Source: a virus
Reading direction: 5' to 3' (one strand)
Virus record (IMG/VR): IMGVR_UViG_3300035696_001556
Span: 1-64,000 of that record
DNA length: 64,000 nucleotides
Below are positions 9,637-18,939 of the stretch, piece after piece; the first letter of the stretch is position 1, and each line of letters begins with the position of its first letter. Under the pieces are notes generated by a model that was not told where the DNA came from, made no database searches, and was given only the letters and a program-made list of their open reading frames with translations. The translations under genes were made by a program, and so were the position numbers.

Positions 9637-10326
9637 ATGCACTGTAAGTACAAGATGTTAAATGAGTATAACTCCGAAAATATGGACAATATGGACGAGT
9701 GCACAAAGGATGTATGGATACCTGGTAAATGGAAAAGAAATAGTTGTGCATACAATAGCGGTCTACTAGCGGCCTATATGAATCCGGTACACGGAGATTA
9801 CCGTAAGCCTAGATTATGGGAGACAGAAGTAGACGGTTTGCAGGAGTTGGTTGGTTTAGCTTATAGATATCCTAAGTTAAGGATTGTCCACGAGATAAAA
9901 AACGTACCTGACACTTCTAAAATAACATCAGAAAAGCGCATAGAAGTAGCGATACATTGCCTTGTTGAATCTGGATTGTATAGGGACAGCTTTATTGTCT
10001 GGGCATTAAATTGGCTAGACGGAAGTGACCAGTCTATGGAAGAATTAAGAATCATGCGTGATGAAGAGATTTTGGCGGCTGGTGGATACGACATACCACC
10101 AGGAGGAAGAAGAACTACACCAACAGAGAATATTATTAGTGCAGCTATGTTTTTGAGTGTAAAAAACCAAGCCGCTGAGACTATAAAACTACTAGAAGCA
10201 GATAGAGCCTACGAGAAGGCAGCGTGTAGAACCGCTACCATAGCAACAAGAGAAATAGTAGAACAAGCCAGAGAAAGAGGTATTTATATATCTTTAGATA
10301 CTTTGATACAGGAGTTGTGCTATTAA
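9637..10326 (+). CDS. hypothetical protein
   Basis: aggagg RBS, 229-aa ORF. Confidence 0.7.
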   Translation: MHCKYKMLNEYNSENMDNMDECTKDVWIPGKWKRNSCAYNSGLLAAYMNPVHGDYRKPRLWETEVDGLQELVGLAYRYPKLRIVHEIKNVPDTSKITSEKRIEVAIHCLVESGLYRDSFIVWALNWLDGSDQSMEELRIMRDEEILAAGGYDIPPGGRRTTPTENIISAAMFLSVKNQAAETIKLLEADRAYEKAACRTATIATREIVEQARERGIYISLDTLIQELCY

Positions 10327-10327
10327 G

Positions 10328-11254
10328 ATGAACCACTTCATTATAGACGGCAATAACCTCATGTATCGTGCACATAGCGCGAACATGGAACTGAAAACGT
10401 CCCTGGGTAAGTACTCCGGGATGTTTTATGGTTTCGTTCGGACGCTGTTCTCCCTAAGAAAGAAATACCGAAATTTCAAGTTTATCGTAGTATGGGATAA
10501 CCGCGCCAAGGCTAAGTACGACATACAACCAGATTATAAAGCCGGAAGATCTATGCTATCTGGAACGATCTGGGAGCAAGTGACTGATATAAGGACATGT
10601 CTGTCTGTGATGGGGATCGATCAGTACGAGAAAAAAGAGTACGAAGCTGATGATGTCATGGCTAGTCTTACCAAGACTCTCAAGGCCGAAGGACAGGTTT
10701 ATATCTATACTAACGATAAGGATTTATTGCAGCTAGTCCAGGACGGAAAGGTTATAGTTTATAAACCTAAAGTGGGAGTAAATCCAGAGAAATTTTTTGA
10801 CGAGGAGGCGGTTAAGAATATGTTCGATGTACCTCCTAGCAAATTAGGGGTTTTTAGGAGTTTTGACGGAGACGATAGCGACAATATCAAAGGTATTTCC
10901 AGAGTACCAAGGAAAATAGTCGCAAGTTTGGTTAATGAGTATTCAAGTGTTGAGAACATATACGCTAATTTGGATAAAAAGGAGTTAACAGAGTTTCAGA
11001 AGAAATCGTTCGAAGAAGCAAAAGATCGCATCAAAAAGAATGTTAAAATCGTAATGTTAGATCAGGATATACAAGATCTTCAGAAAAATGAGAGTTCTTT
11101 CGACAAGGAGAAGTTAGAGGAGCTCCTACAGCGGTATGAAATAAAGTCCATTAAATCCAATGATCTCATAGATCTTTTTTCCTCTAATCTGGATGTTAGA
11201 TATTCAGATCCCGTAGAAGTCGTACAACTAGAAACGATTAGTCTTTTTGATTAA
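10328..11254 (+). CDS. 5'-3' exonuclease / flap endonuclease (Pol I N-terminal-like)
   Basis: IIDGNNLMYRA, YKAGR, EADDV, DKDLLQL, GDDSDNIKGI. Confidence 0.9.
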   Translation: MNHFIIDGNNLMYRAHSANMELKTSLGKYSGMFYGFVRTLFSLRKKYRNFKFIVVWDNRAKAKYDIQPDYKAGRSMLSGTIWEQVTDIRTCLSVMGIDQYEKKEYEADDVMASLTKTLKAEGQVYIYTNDKDLLQLVQDGKVIVYKPKVGVNPEKFFDEEAVKNMFDVPPSKLGVFRSFDGDDSDNIKGISRVPRKIVASLVNEYSSVENIYANLDKKELTEFQKKSFEEAKDRIKKNVKIVMLDQDIQDLQKNESSFDKEKLEELLQRYEIKSIKSNDLIDLFSSNLDVRYSDPVEVVQLETISLFD

Positions 11255-11267
11255 AGAAAGAAGCTTT

Positions 11268-11717
11268 ATGAAATTGCTCCCGATTAAAAAAGTTTTGGAT
11301 GACTCCTTCAGAATCATTAAGACTATGAAAACAAATTTTTGTAAAGAGATAAAGAAATCCTATGGGTTTTATAACACTATAAAGAGTAGTTCAGACCCAA
11401 TATTTTTTAACAAAGAATATGCGACAATAAAAATAGCTCTTCCACGACGTATGGGAAACACTACTTTAGCTTTGAAGTGCCTTAATCATTTCAAGAATTC
11501 AATTATAGTGGCATACAATAAGGAGAGCGCTTGCCGGTTTGAAGACTATCCCAATATTGGTTCATTTAAAAATAGGATATATACACCAAAAATGAAATCT
11601 TTGTGTGGAATTAACACCGATGTGTGTGTTGTTGATTGCGCTTCTTATCTATCTAAGAAGGATATAGATAGTATCTACAGAGGAGTTCATGCGGGATTTT
11701 ACGTTCTGTTAGGTTAA
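11268..11717 (+). CDS. Small degenerate P-loop-like protein
   Basis: PRRMGNTT and CVVDCAS resemble degenerate Walker A/B motifs. Confidence 0.5.
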   Translation: MKLLPIKKVLDDSFRIIKTMKTNFCKEIKKSYGFYNTIKSSSDPIFFNKEYATIKIALPRRMGNTTLALKCLNHFKNSIIVAYNKESACRFEDYPNIGSFKNRIYTPKMKSLCGINTDVCVVDCASYLSKKDIDSIYRGVHAGFYVLLG

Positions 11718-11757
11718 ATAATTCTGTATAAGGTAAAAACCACCAGAAAGGTATAAC

Positions 11758-12444
11758 ATGGTATCAATAAAACGCCGTGATGAATATCGCAGTATGGATC
11801 CCTATGAGTTACAGAACAGATTCCAGGATGAATCAGAACAAGGATTGGATGGTGATAGCTTGTTGGTAAGCTCCATATCGGAGCGCAATCTTTTTCGTTT
11901 TGAAGATTTCGAACCTTTCATAGAGAAACTTCCACAAAGGGAGCAGGATCTTATTGAGATGTATTATGAAGAGGATAAGAAACAGAAAGAGATAGCCGAG
12001 TTTTTTGGAGTAACCCAGGGAGCAATCTCACACAGACTTTCAAGAGCTATAAAACGCCTGAAGTTCCTTAAGAAAATGCCTAAGATCTCAGGAGACTTAC
12101 GGACTCTACTTAAGAGCCATTTTACTTCTTTCGAGATAGATCTCCTCGTCTTTATGATAGAAACTACCTGTCAGTCAAAGACGGCTGAGCTCTTGAACAA
12201 GAAATATAAGCTCCAGGAGAACGATAAGAACAAAATGACCCAGATTAAGGTTAGACACAAGTTTGATAGATATATTGAGAAGATGGATAAGCTTAAGAGG
12301 GTACATAAGGAGCTCCGGGATTGCTGCAAATTAGCTAAGTATATTAAGAAACATCTCTATATGCTCCACGAAGTGGTGCTTCCTCATTTTGACAAGGGCT
12401 ATAGAGTTAATTATCGAGAAAATATGAAAATTAAAGTTGGATAA
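11758..12444 (+). CDS. Sigma-70 region-4 HTH protein (phage transcription factor)
   Basis: KLPQREQDLIEMYY...QKEIAEFFGVTQGAISHRLSRAIKRL, plus a second HTH-like segment. Confidence 0.75.
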   Translation: MVSIKRRDEYRSMDPYELQNRFQDESEQGLDGDSLLVSSISERNLFRFEDFEPFIEKLPQREQDLIEMYYEEDKKQKEIAEFFGVTQGAISHRLSRAIKRLKFLKKMPKISGDLRTLLKSHFTSFEIDLLVFMIETTCQSKTAELLNKKYKLQENDKNKMTQIKVRHKFDRYIEKMDKLKRVHKELRDCCKLAKYIKKHLYMLHEVVLPHFDKGYRVNYRENMKIKVG

Positions 12445-12681
12445 GTGTATGTGGCAAGATCAAGGCACTAATGAGTTCGTCAATAAAGCAGTAAAAGTAC
12501 ACAAGGATAAATATGACTATTCTACTGTAAAATATAAAAACTCTGCAACAAAAATCAATATTTTATGTTTTAAACATGGAGCATTTAAACAAACACCTAA
12601 TAAACATTTAATGGGACAAGGATGCCCAAAATGTGCCAGAGAGCGAAAGTATTATAATGAATTAACAACAGAGAGCTTCAT
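12437..12681 (+). pseudogene. 5' fragment of a DUF723/zinc-ribbon-repeat endonuclease gene, interrupted by an IS
   Basis: EFVNKAVKVHKDKYDYS...C.KHG.F.QTP..HL.GQGCPKC; the IS left end follows. Confidence 0.75.
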
Positions 12682-13979
12682 GATCCTCCACGAGCGGAAA
12701 CCCACGGCTTTAGCCGTGGGAGGAAAGCGAGTATCTATCCTCGGCTATTCCCTTGGTGTAATACTCTATGCATATAATTTCCTTAATATATGAACCTAAT
12801 CAGATCAATATCCGTCAAGCTAAATGTCCCTTTAGGGGACGGCTTGCTCGACACTTTTAAAACCTACACCAAAGCCTATAATACTGTTTGTAAAATAGGC
12901 TGGGACTCTAAAGAATTTAATGGCGTCAGACTTCATTTTTTATCTTATCCTTTAATCCGTGAATCTCTCCCGGCTCAGCTTGCTATATCCGTAAGGATGA
13001 AAGCTACTGAGTCTCTTAAATCAGCCAAAACTAGATTAAAACAAAAGAAAAAAGTATCCTGTCCTAAATCTAATTTGTCCTCTATAAGGTTAGACGCAAA
13101 CTCCTACAATGTCTGGTTTGATAAGAACGAAATTTCTGTCCTCACTATACACGGTCGAAAAAGATTCAAGTTCCAATCCTACGAGTATCTTGAACAATTT
13201 TTGGATTGGAAAAGAAAATCGGCTGACTTGATTTATAATAAAGGAAAAATACTCCTTACTTTTATATTCGAAAAAACTGTCCCAGATAATCAAATCACGT
13301 CTGACACCTTTGTCGGTGTTGACAGGGGTATCAGACGTATTGCTGTTACTAGTAATCAATTGTTTTTTGGAGGAGGAAGAGTCAAAGCTGTCTCTAATAG
13401 GTATCAAAAACGAAGAGCTAATTATCAGTCTTGTGGGACTCGCTCTGCGAAAAGACACCTTCGTGTAATTTCCAAGAAGGAGAACCGTTTTCGAAGGGAT
13501 GAGAACCATTGTATATCTAAAAAGATAGTTGAGAGTCTTCCTGCTGGATCTACTATAGTACTTGAGGACCTCAAGTATATTCGAGAGAGGTGTAAACACA
13601 CAAAAGATCAGAGGGGTGAATTTCACAGTTGGTCTTTCTATCAGTTGGAGCAGTTTATCATATACAAAGCTATTGCCAAAGGCATTAGCGTTGTGTATGT
13701 CGATCCCCGGTATACTTCTCAAAAATGTTCTAAGTGTGGTCATATCAGTAGATCCAATCGAAAAAATCAGACTCAGTTTAAGTGTACAAAATGTGGTTAC
13801 ACTTTAAATGCTGATTTAAACGCCTCCATTAACATCAAAAATAATTACTTGGACTCTAAAGGATATCCAAGTAGGGCTCCAGTCAATGAGCCTATTGTAT
13901 CAGATATGACAGTGCGCGAAAGCGCTTTGTCGTATACCCGCTAGATACAAGCCCCCGACTTTAGTCGGGGGTAGTTGAC
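12682..13979 (+). mobile_element. IS605/IS1341-type non-autonomous element (tnpB only)
   Basis: Left hairpin cccacggctttagccgtggg (12701-12720) and right hairpin cccccgactttagtcggggg followed by tagttgac. The target motif TTCAT lies directly 5'. Confidence 0.9.
12790..13944 (+). CDS. tnpB: TnpB RNA-guided endonuclease
   Basis: RuvC motifs GVDRG, LEDL, NADLNAS; YTSQKCSKCG and CTKC zinc finger. Confidence 0.95.
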   Translation: MNLIRSISVKLNVPLGDGLLDTFKTYTKAYNTVCKIGWDSKEFNGVRLHFLSYPLIRESLPAQLAISVRMKATESLKSAKTRLKQKKKVSCPKSNLSSIRLDANSYNVWFDKNEISVLTIHGRKRFKFQSYEYLEQFLDWKRKSADLIYNKGKILLTFIFEKTVPDNQITSDTFVGVDRGIRRIAVTSNQLFFGGGRVKAVSNRYQKRRANYQSCGTRSAKRHLRVISKKENRFRRDENHCISKKIVESLPAGSTIVLEDLKYIRERCKHTKDQRGEFHSWSFYQLEQFIIYKAIAKGISVVYVDPRYTSQKCSKCGHISRSNRKNQTQFKCTKCGYTLNADLNASINIKNNYLDSKGYPSRAPVNEPIVSDMTVRESALSYTR

Positions 13980-14182
13980 TAAATACTTGTATTGAATATG
14001 ATGGTAGACAACATTTTTATCCAAGTAAATATTTTGGAGGTGTCCATAGTCTTAGCTTGACTAAGGCATTGGACGCTATTAAAAATAAATTTTGTGAAGA
14101 CAACGCTATTAATCTAATTCGAATATCTTATAAGAGAAAGAATCCTGAGTCTTTTTTAACGGAAAGATTAGATTTATCTTAG
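13979..14182 (+). pseudogene. 3' fragment of the interrupted endonuclease (Vsr/DUF559-like PD-(D/E)xK domain)
   Basis: Translates LNTCIEYDGRQHFYPSKYFGG...DAIKNKFCEDNAINLIRISY...DLS*, with no start codon. Confidence 0.75.
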
Positions 14183-14397
14183 AGTCTAAAAGTAAGCTTA
14201 ATATTTTGTACTAATTTGAATATCTCACACTAACAACTTGTTTAAAAATAGTTTGTTATAGACATACCTACTAATAAAGTCGCCCACTATTTTAAGTTCT
14301 ACTTAAATTTAAACAAAGTTTGAATGTAATACTCTTTTCATATTAAAAGATCATTAGAGTTTTAAACTGTTAAGTAAAATTCTAATGGTCTTTTATT

Positions 14398-14808
14398 ATG
14401 TACATTTCCGTGTCTGACAGACTAAGAAAAATAGCACGGGTCCTCTGTGCTGATTATGCTGACACGCAACAGTTTCCATATACTAATCCAGGTAACGAGT
14501 ACCCGTCTGACATAGGTTATGATATATGGCCAGGTGGATTCGAGAATAATAAAGAAAACGAACCTGCCTCTAAAAAAGACGATGAGAGCAAAAAGTGGGA
14601 TACCGTACGCCTAGGCCCTGGTCCTACTCAAACAGACTGGGTAGAAAAGGGTGAAGTTCCCCACTGGAAAGTAGAACAAGAGCCACCCAAGACGGACGAT
14701 CAGGCTAAGATGAGAGATTTTACTAAACCAAGGGGCGACGACAATCCTGACGAACAAGACAGAGAACTGTGGGTTGGAGAAGGTATCATCGATCCTTTCA
14801 GCTTTTAA
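14398..14808 (+). CDS. hypothetical acidic protein
   Basis: First ORF of the late region. Confidence 0.65.
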   Translation: MYISVSDRLRKIARVLCADYADTQQFPYTNPGNEYPSDIGYDIWPGGFENNKENEPASKKDDESKKWDTVRLGPGPTQTDWVEKGEVPHWKVEQEPPKTDDQAKMRDFTKPRGDDNPDEQDRELWVGEGIIDPFSF

Positions 14809-14817
14809 GGATCGGCC

Positions 14818-15477
14818 ATGAAGATCATAGATGGAAGAAAGTTCGAATGCATTAAGTGTGGTAAATGTTGCAAATGGAGTGGGTTTGTTTTCCTGGAGAC
14901 ATCAGATATAAACAGGATGGCGGACGAGCTTAATGATGGCAATGCTCCAGAATTTTTAGATGAGTACACGAAGAAGAAAGGCCAAGAAATAGTTTTAAAA
15001 GACAAGCCTGGTTCGAAAGAATGTTGCTTTTTAGAAAATAATAAATGTTCCATATACACATTTAAACCGAAGCAATGTAAAGATTATCCGTTAAGTTACA
15101 CATCTAGTTGCCCAGGGTTTAAAGCAAAAGAGGGTAAATCTATGGATAAAATGGCTGGAAAGGTCATCGAGATGTATAAAAAATTTGCTACAGAGGATTT
15201 TGAGAAAGCCATAACGAACAATTTGTATGTAGATCTTCAAAGAAATTTGAAAGCTTCTACGGTGGCTAGTAAGGCTCTTGAAGGTGGCGTGAGTATGTTT
15301 TTTGATCAAAATACGATCAAAATAGCCAGCTTGGATGATCTGTTCGCTTTCAATAGAGTTGATGATAAGCATATCATCCACAAATCCACTAACGATTTGT
15401 GGGCTATCGAATCCGATGAAAAAGGTGACGTTCACATAACCAGGCTTTTCGAATCCGGTAAACCTATTAAAGGATAA
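14818..15477 (+). CDS. YkgJ/CxxCxxCC cysteine-cluster domain fused to an unknown C-terminal domain
   Basis: FECIKCGKCC...CCFL..NKCSIY..KPKQCKDYP. Confidence 0.8.
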   Translation: MKIIDGRKFECIKCGKCCKWSGFVFLETSDINRMADELNDGNAPEFLDEYTKKKGQEIVLKDKPGSKECCFLENNKCSIYTFKPKQCKDYPLSYTSSCPGFKAKEGKSMDKMAGKVIEMYKKFATEDFEKAITNNLYVDLQRNLKASTVASKALEGGVSMFFDQNTIKIASLDDLFAFNRVDDKHIIHKSTNDLWAIESDEKGDVHITRLFESGKPIKG

Positions 15478-15481
15478 AAAC

Positions 15482-16162
15482 ATGGAAAGAACAAGAATAA
15501 CAGACCGTCTAATAACAGCTGCTTCTGAAGATCAGAAGAAAAAGAAAAGGGAAGAAGGCATCCACAGAGAACTCGATGGCTTTGATTATGACAAATCCAA
15601 AGCCAAAATCCTTAAGGATGGTCTTCATAACATGAATGTCGCCCTGGGAACTCTTTTGTCAGCTCAAAAAGATTTATCCATCCTACGGGGATCCGATATT
15701 ACTCCTGACGGAAAAATAGGCGGTCGTGGTTTTATAATGGAGTTCAGGGAGATCAAAAGCACCTTGAATAGAACAATAGAAGATCTCTCGAACGTCACAG
15801 ACTCGATAGCAGATGAACTCAAAAATCCAAAATGGGGACTCAAAGAAAAAGAAAAAGAGGTCGTCGAAAAAGAAAAAGAACTGGTAGAAGAAAAGAAAGA
15901 GGATGTACTAGATACACAGAATCCCCAGGATCTTACAAAGGATACTTCTTCTCAGGAAGTGAAACAATATCCCGAGGAACAGGGAAAAGTTTTTGAAGAG
16001 ATAATAAACGATAACGGTAAAAATGAAATCAGACCGGAAGATGTCAAAGACGCATCTTTCCTGAGCAAATATCATGATTTACTCGGAGATAAGGCTGCTG
16101 ACAAAGTAGCCAGTGTTTTAAGTAAAAGAGTATTAGCAAACATTACCATACAAGGAAAATAA
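15482..16162 (+). CDS. hypothetical protein
   Basis: 226-aa ORF in the operon. Confidence 0.7.
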   Translation: MERTRITDRLITAASEDQKKKKREEGIHRELDGFDYDKSKAKILKDGLHNMNVALGTLLSAQKDLSILRGSDITPDGKIGGRGFIMEFREIKSTLNRTIEDLSNVTDSIADELKNPKWGLKEKEKEVVEKEKELVEEKKEDVLDTQNPQDLTKDTSSQEVKQYPEEQGKVFEEIINDNGKNEIRPEDVKDASFLSKYHDLLGDKAADKVASVLSKRVLANITIQGK

Positions 16163-16173
16163 AGGAGCTTAAA

Positions 16174-18099
16174 ATGTCAGACAAACAAAGCGATATGACA
16201 GATTTCTTGGATGACAAGAATGCAGCGGCCATCAGAGTACCTGACCTCGATTGGTTGGCTCTAACGGCTGAAGATACTAAAAATATCCCAGTCCCGCTCA
16301 ATATCGAAGCTATCCCTGAGCTACAGGAGAACTGGAAGAGAACCGGCGAAGCAAACCTGAATTTCGTGCCTAATAAAATTAGGTCGGAAGAGACGCTTCC
16401 TTCGGAGAAAATATCTGAAGAGAACATACGAGATCTCGTATATGCTGCCAAGAAGGAAATGATGAAAGGCGTAACAGGAAAAGCTCTCGCACAGAAGCTC
16501 GCCTCAACCTATCCAAAAAATCTTATAAAAGCAGCAAGCGAAGAGCTGAAAAAACTTTCAGCCGAACAGGGGCTCCTGGGTAATGTTTATATCGACATAA
16601 GCCCATACGACAGCTGCGAAGAAGCGTCCCGTTTGCTTGGATCAAGCAGAATCCGTTTGGCAAAATATGTCGTTGGTAAACCCCGTAGACGCGTATGTTC
16701 ATCCCATAAGAACGGATATTGCAAAGAGCTTCATAAAAACGTTATGACTGAGATGCAATATACGCCAGATGTATTCAACAGTTATACTACACATCTCAGA
16801 ATGGCAGGATTAATAGGACCAGAAGATGTTATTGATTCCAAGGATTTGCTTAGGGATGCTTTCCTTAGATCTGCTCAAGAAAAGAAACCTGTGGAAAAGA
16901 AAGCAGAGACACAGCCTGAAGTTAAGGTTTCCCAGAAAGATCTTTCGGAAATGGTTCTTAAAGAGGCTGCAGTAGCTGAGAAAGATAAGGCCTTGATGAG
17001 GTTTATGAGTATCAGGCCAGTTTTGGCTTTTATCCAGAATGAAATGCTCAAAGGTAAAATTGGTAAAGCGCTCGAAGAAGTCCTCTTCAAAAAATATCTT
17101 AAAGAAGATTTGGCAAAATATGCCTCTGAGATAAAAAAAGTGGCATCTTTGCAAGGGCTTCTTGGTAATGTTTATGTAGATGTTTCTTTCTACAAGGACG
17201 CGGATGAAGCTATTAAAGCCATCAAAAATGCTTCAGTGCATCCTTCCTATCTTATCCAGTCATATAAGAAGGGTAGTTTCGATAATACCTTGGAAGTCGT
17301 GTCAGCGAATACTGGATGCGAGATTCTTCCAAGGAATGGTAAGATAGACAAGAAAGTGGCACGCAGTTATCTTGAGGATCTTCAGTTCTCACAGAGGATA
17401 TCCTCTGATAAGGCTATTGAGGCTAAGAGAAAACTGGAGGCCGGAGAGAATATCCTGGGAATCTTGAGAGAAGCTTTCTTGAGTACTCTTGAACATAAAA
17501 GACCAATCCGTGAAGGTGGGGTTCAAGCCAGCTTTTATCAAGACGATCCTGGCAGAAGAGTATCGAACAGAGACAAGCTCAAAGAAGCTACATATAAAGC
17601 CGTAGAAGCTGGTTTCCCGATAGAGAAGATCGAGGATAAGCTTATAAAGCAGATACCTACGGCTGAAGCTATAGGGATGGTTAGGACGGTTCTGGCGGCT
17701 GTTAAAGAGATCGATGCCAATGTCCTAACAAAGTGCGCCAAAGAGAAGTATCAGTTCAGCCTGGATGTAAGACTTAAGAAAGCCAAGAAATGCAGTGACT
17801 GCATTATGTGTGCTACAGGTGGTTGCACAAAGCTTGGATTGAAATTTGCAGCAGAGGACAAAAAAGAAGATAAGAAAGACGCTTCAAACTTGAATCTTGA
17901 TCCGCATACGGAAAAAGTGTTGTTCAGTGAGAATCCTGATATAAGCCAGATGAACATCCGCAAAGAGTTCGATATGCCTGATTACATTGGCTCGAATGTC
18001 AATGTTGCGCTGGATAAAATGCGCGGTCAGGAAAAGCTGAGTATGGAGATAACCTTCAATAATGAGGGCATCGATGAGAACTTGAAAAGTGTAGTTTAA
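16174..18099 (+). CDS. Large hypothetical protein with an internal duplicated domain and Cys clusters
   Basis: QGLLGNVY occurs twice in similar context; CSDCIMC...C near the C terminus. Confidence 0.75.
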   Translation: MSDKQSDMTDFLDDKNAAAIRVPDLDWLALTAEDTKNIPVPLNIEAIPELQENWKRTGEANLNFVPNKIRSEETLPSEKISEENIRDLVYAAKKEMMKGVTGKALAQKLASTYPKNLIKAASEELKKLSAEQGLLGNVYIDISPYDSCEEASRLLGSSRIRLAKYVVGKPRRRVCSSHKNGYCKELHKNVMTEMQYTPDVFNSYTTHLRMAGLIGPEDVIDSKDLLRDAFLRSAQEKKPVEKKAETQPEVKVSQKDLSEMVLKEAAVAEKDKALMRFMSIRPVLAFIQNEMLKGKIGKALEEVLFKKYLKEDLAKYASEIKKVASLQGLLGNVYVDVSFYKDADEAIKAIKNASVHPSYLIQSYKKGSFDNTLEVVSANTGCEILPRNGKIDKKVARSYLEDLQFSQRISSDKAIEAKRKLEAGENILGILREAFLSTLEHKRPIREGGVQASFYQDDPGRRVSNRDKLKEATYKAVEAGFPIEKIEDKLIKQIPTAEAIGMVRTVLAAVKEIDANVLTKCAKEKYQFSLDVRLKKAKKCSDCIMCATGGCTKLGLKFAAEDKKEDKKDASNLNLDPHTEKVLFSENPDISQMNIRKEFDMPDYIGSNVNVALDKMRGQEKLSMEITFNNEGIDENLKSVV

Positions 18100-18102
18100 T
18101 AT

Positions 18103-18939
18103 ATGGAAGATAATAATGTGAGCACTGAAAGAGATATAAGTATCGAGGATATACTGGAAAATCCTTCTCTAGATAATATAGGTGTCGCCGTTAAAAAGAC
18201 TAAAGAAAAAGAGAAAGAGAAGGAAAAGGAACCAAAGAAGGTTAAACCCGCTGTTGAGGAAACAGTGGATAAGGAATCTGAGTTCGTTCCAGAAGTTGAA
18301 AGTGTAGAAGAAGATAAACCGGTTGAGAATTTAGATGCTCTTTTGAAAACTTTGGATTCGGAAGAAAAAATAGTACCAAAAGAAGGATCAAATGAGATAA
18401 GACCACCAACAATGGATGTTGCCATAACTAATGATCCCGATGAGTTGCTTCAAGGGGCAGAAAATCCGGAGGCTATGGTAAAACAGTTGATGGAAGATCC
18501 CACTAAGAACGACAATCTTTGCACGGTATTCAAGCAGGAGGATAACACAGGGATACTCTTAGGCCATGTAATGGGTGAGATCGCTGAGGAGTTGGCTTAT
18601 CTCAAAGCGTATAGAAAGATACATTACATAGCAGAGGAAGATACCTCGGATATCTCTCTTAAGAGGACTAAAGCTTTAGAAACCCTTGTAAAAGCCCTTG
18701 TGGAGAAGGATAAGCTGAAACACGGAGCCGAGGGCAAGATAGATTTTTATGGAGAAAAGTTTGAAAAGATTATGGAATTTGTCCTTGGTATAGTGAAAGA
18801 TGCTTTTGAAAAAGTAGGAATCCCGGATCAATTCAATGATATCTTTTTTGTTCAGTTGGCTCAAGATTTGGAAGGCTTTGAGAAAAAAGTGGAGAAGATT
18901 TATTACGGTGTACCACAAACAAAAAGTTCTAAAAAATAA
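18103..18939 (+). CDS. hypothetical protein, possible terminase small subunit
   Basis: Helical acidic protein coupled directly upstream of the terminase large subunit; the call is positional only. Confidence 0.45.
   Translation: MEDNNVSTERDISIEDILENPSLDNIGVAVKKTKEKEKEKEKEPKKVKPAVEETVDKESEFVPEVESVEEDKPVENLDALLKTLDSEEKIVPKEGSNEIRPPTMDVAITNDPDELLQGAENPEAMVKQLMEDPTKNDNLCTVFKQEDNTGILLGHVMGEIAEELAYLKAYRKIHYIAEEDTSDISLKRTKALETLVKALVEKDKLKHGAEGKIDFYGEKFEKIMEFVLGIVKDAFEKVGIPDQFNDIFFVQLAQDLEGFEKKVEKIYYGVPQTKSSKK

Noticed and set aside
12682-12793. C terminus of track ORF 12437..12793
   Set aside because: Read-through into the IS left end (ERKPTALAVG is the hairpin translated).
13090-13743. 217-aa minus-strand ORF inside tnpB, and similar antisense ORFs elsewhere
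   Set aside because: No RBS or recognisable motifs; fully antisense to well-supported genes.
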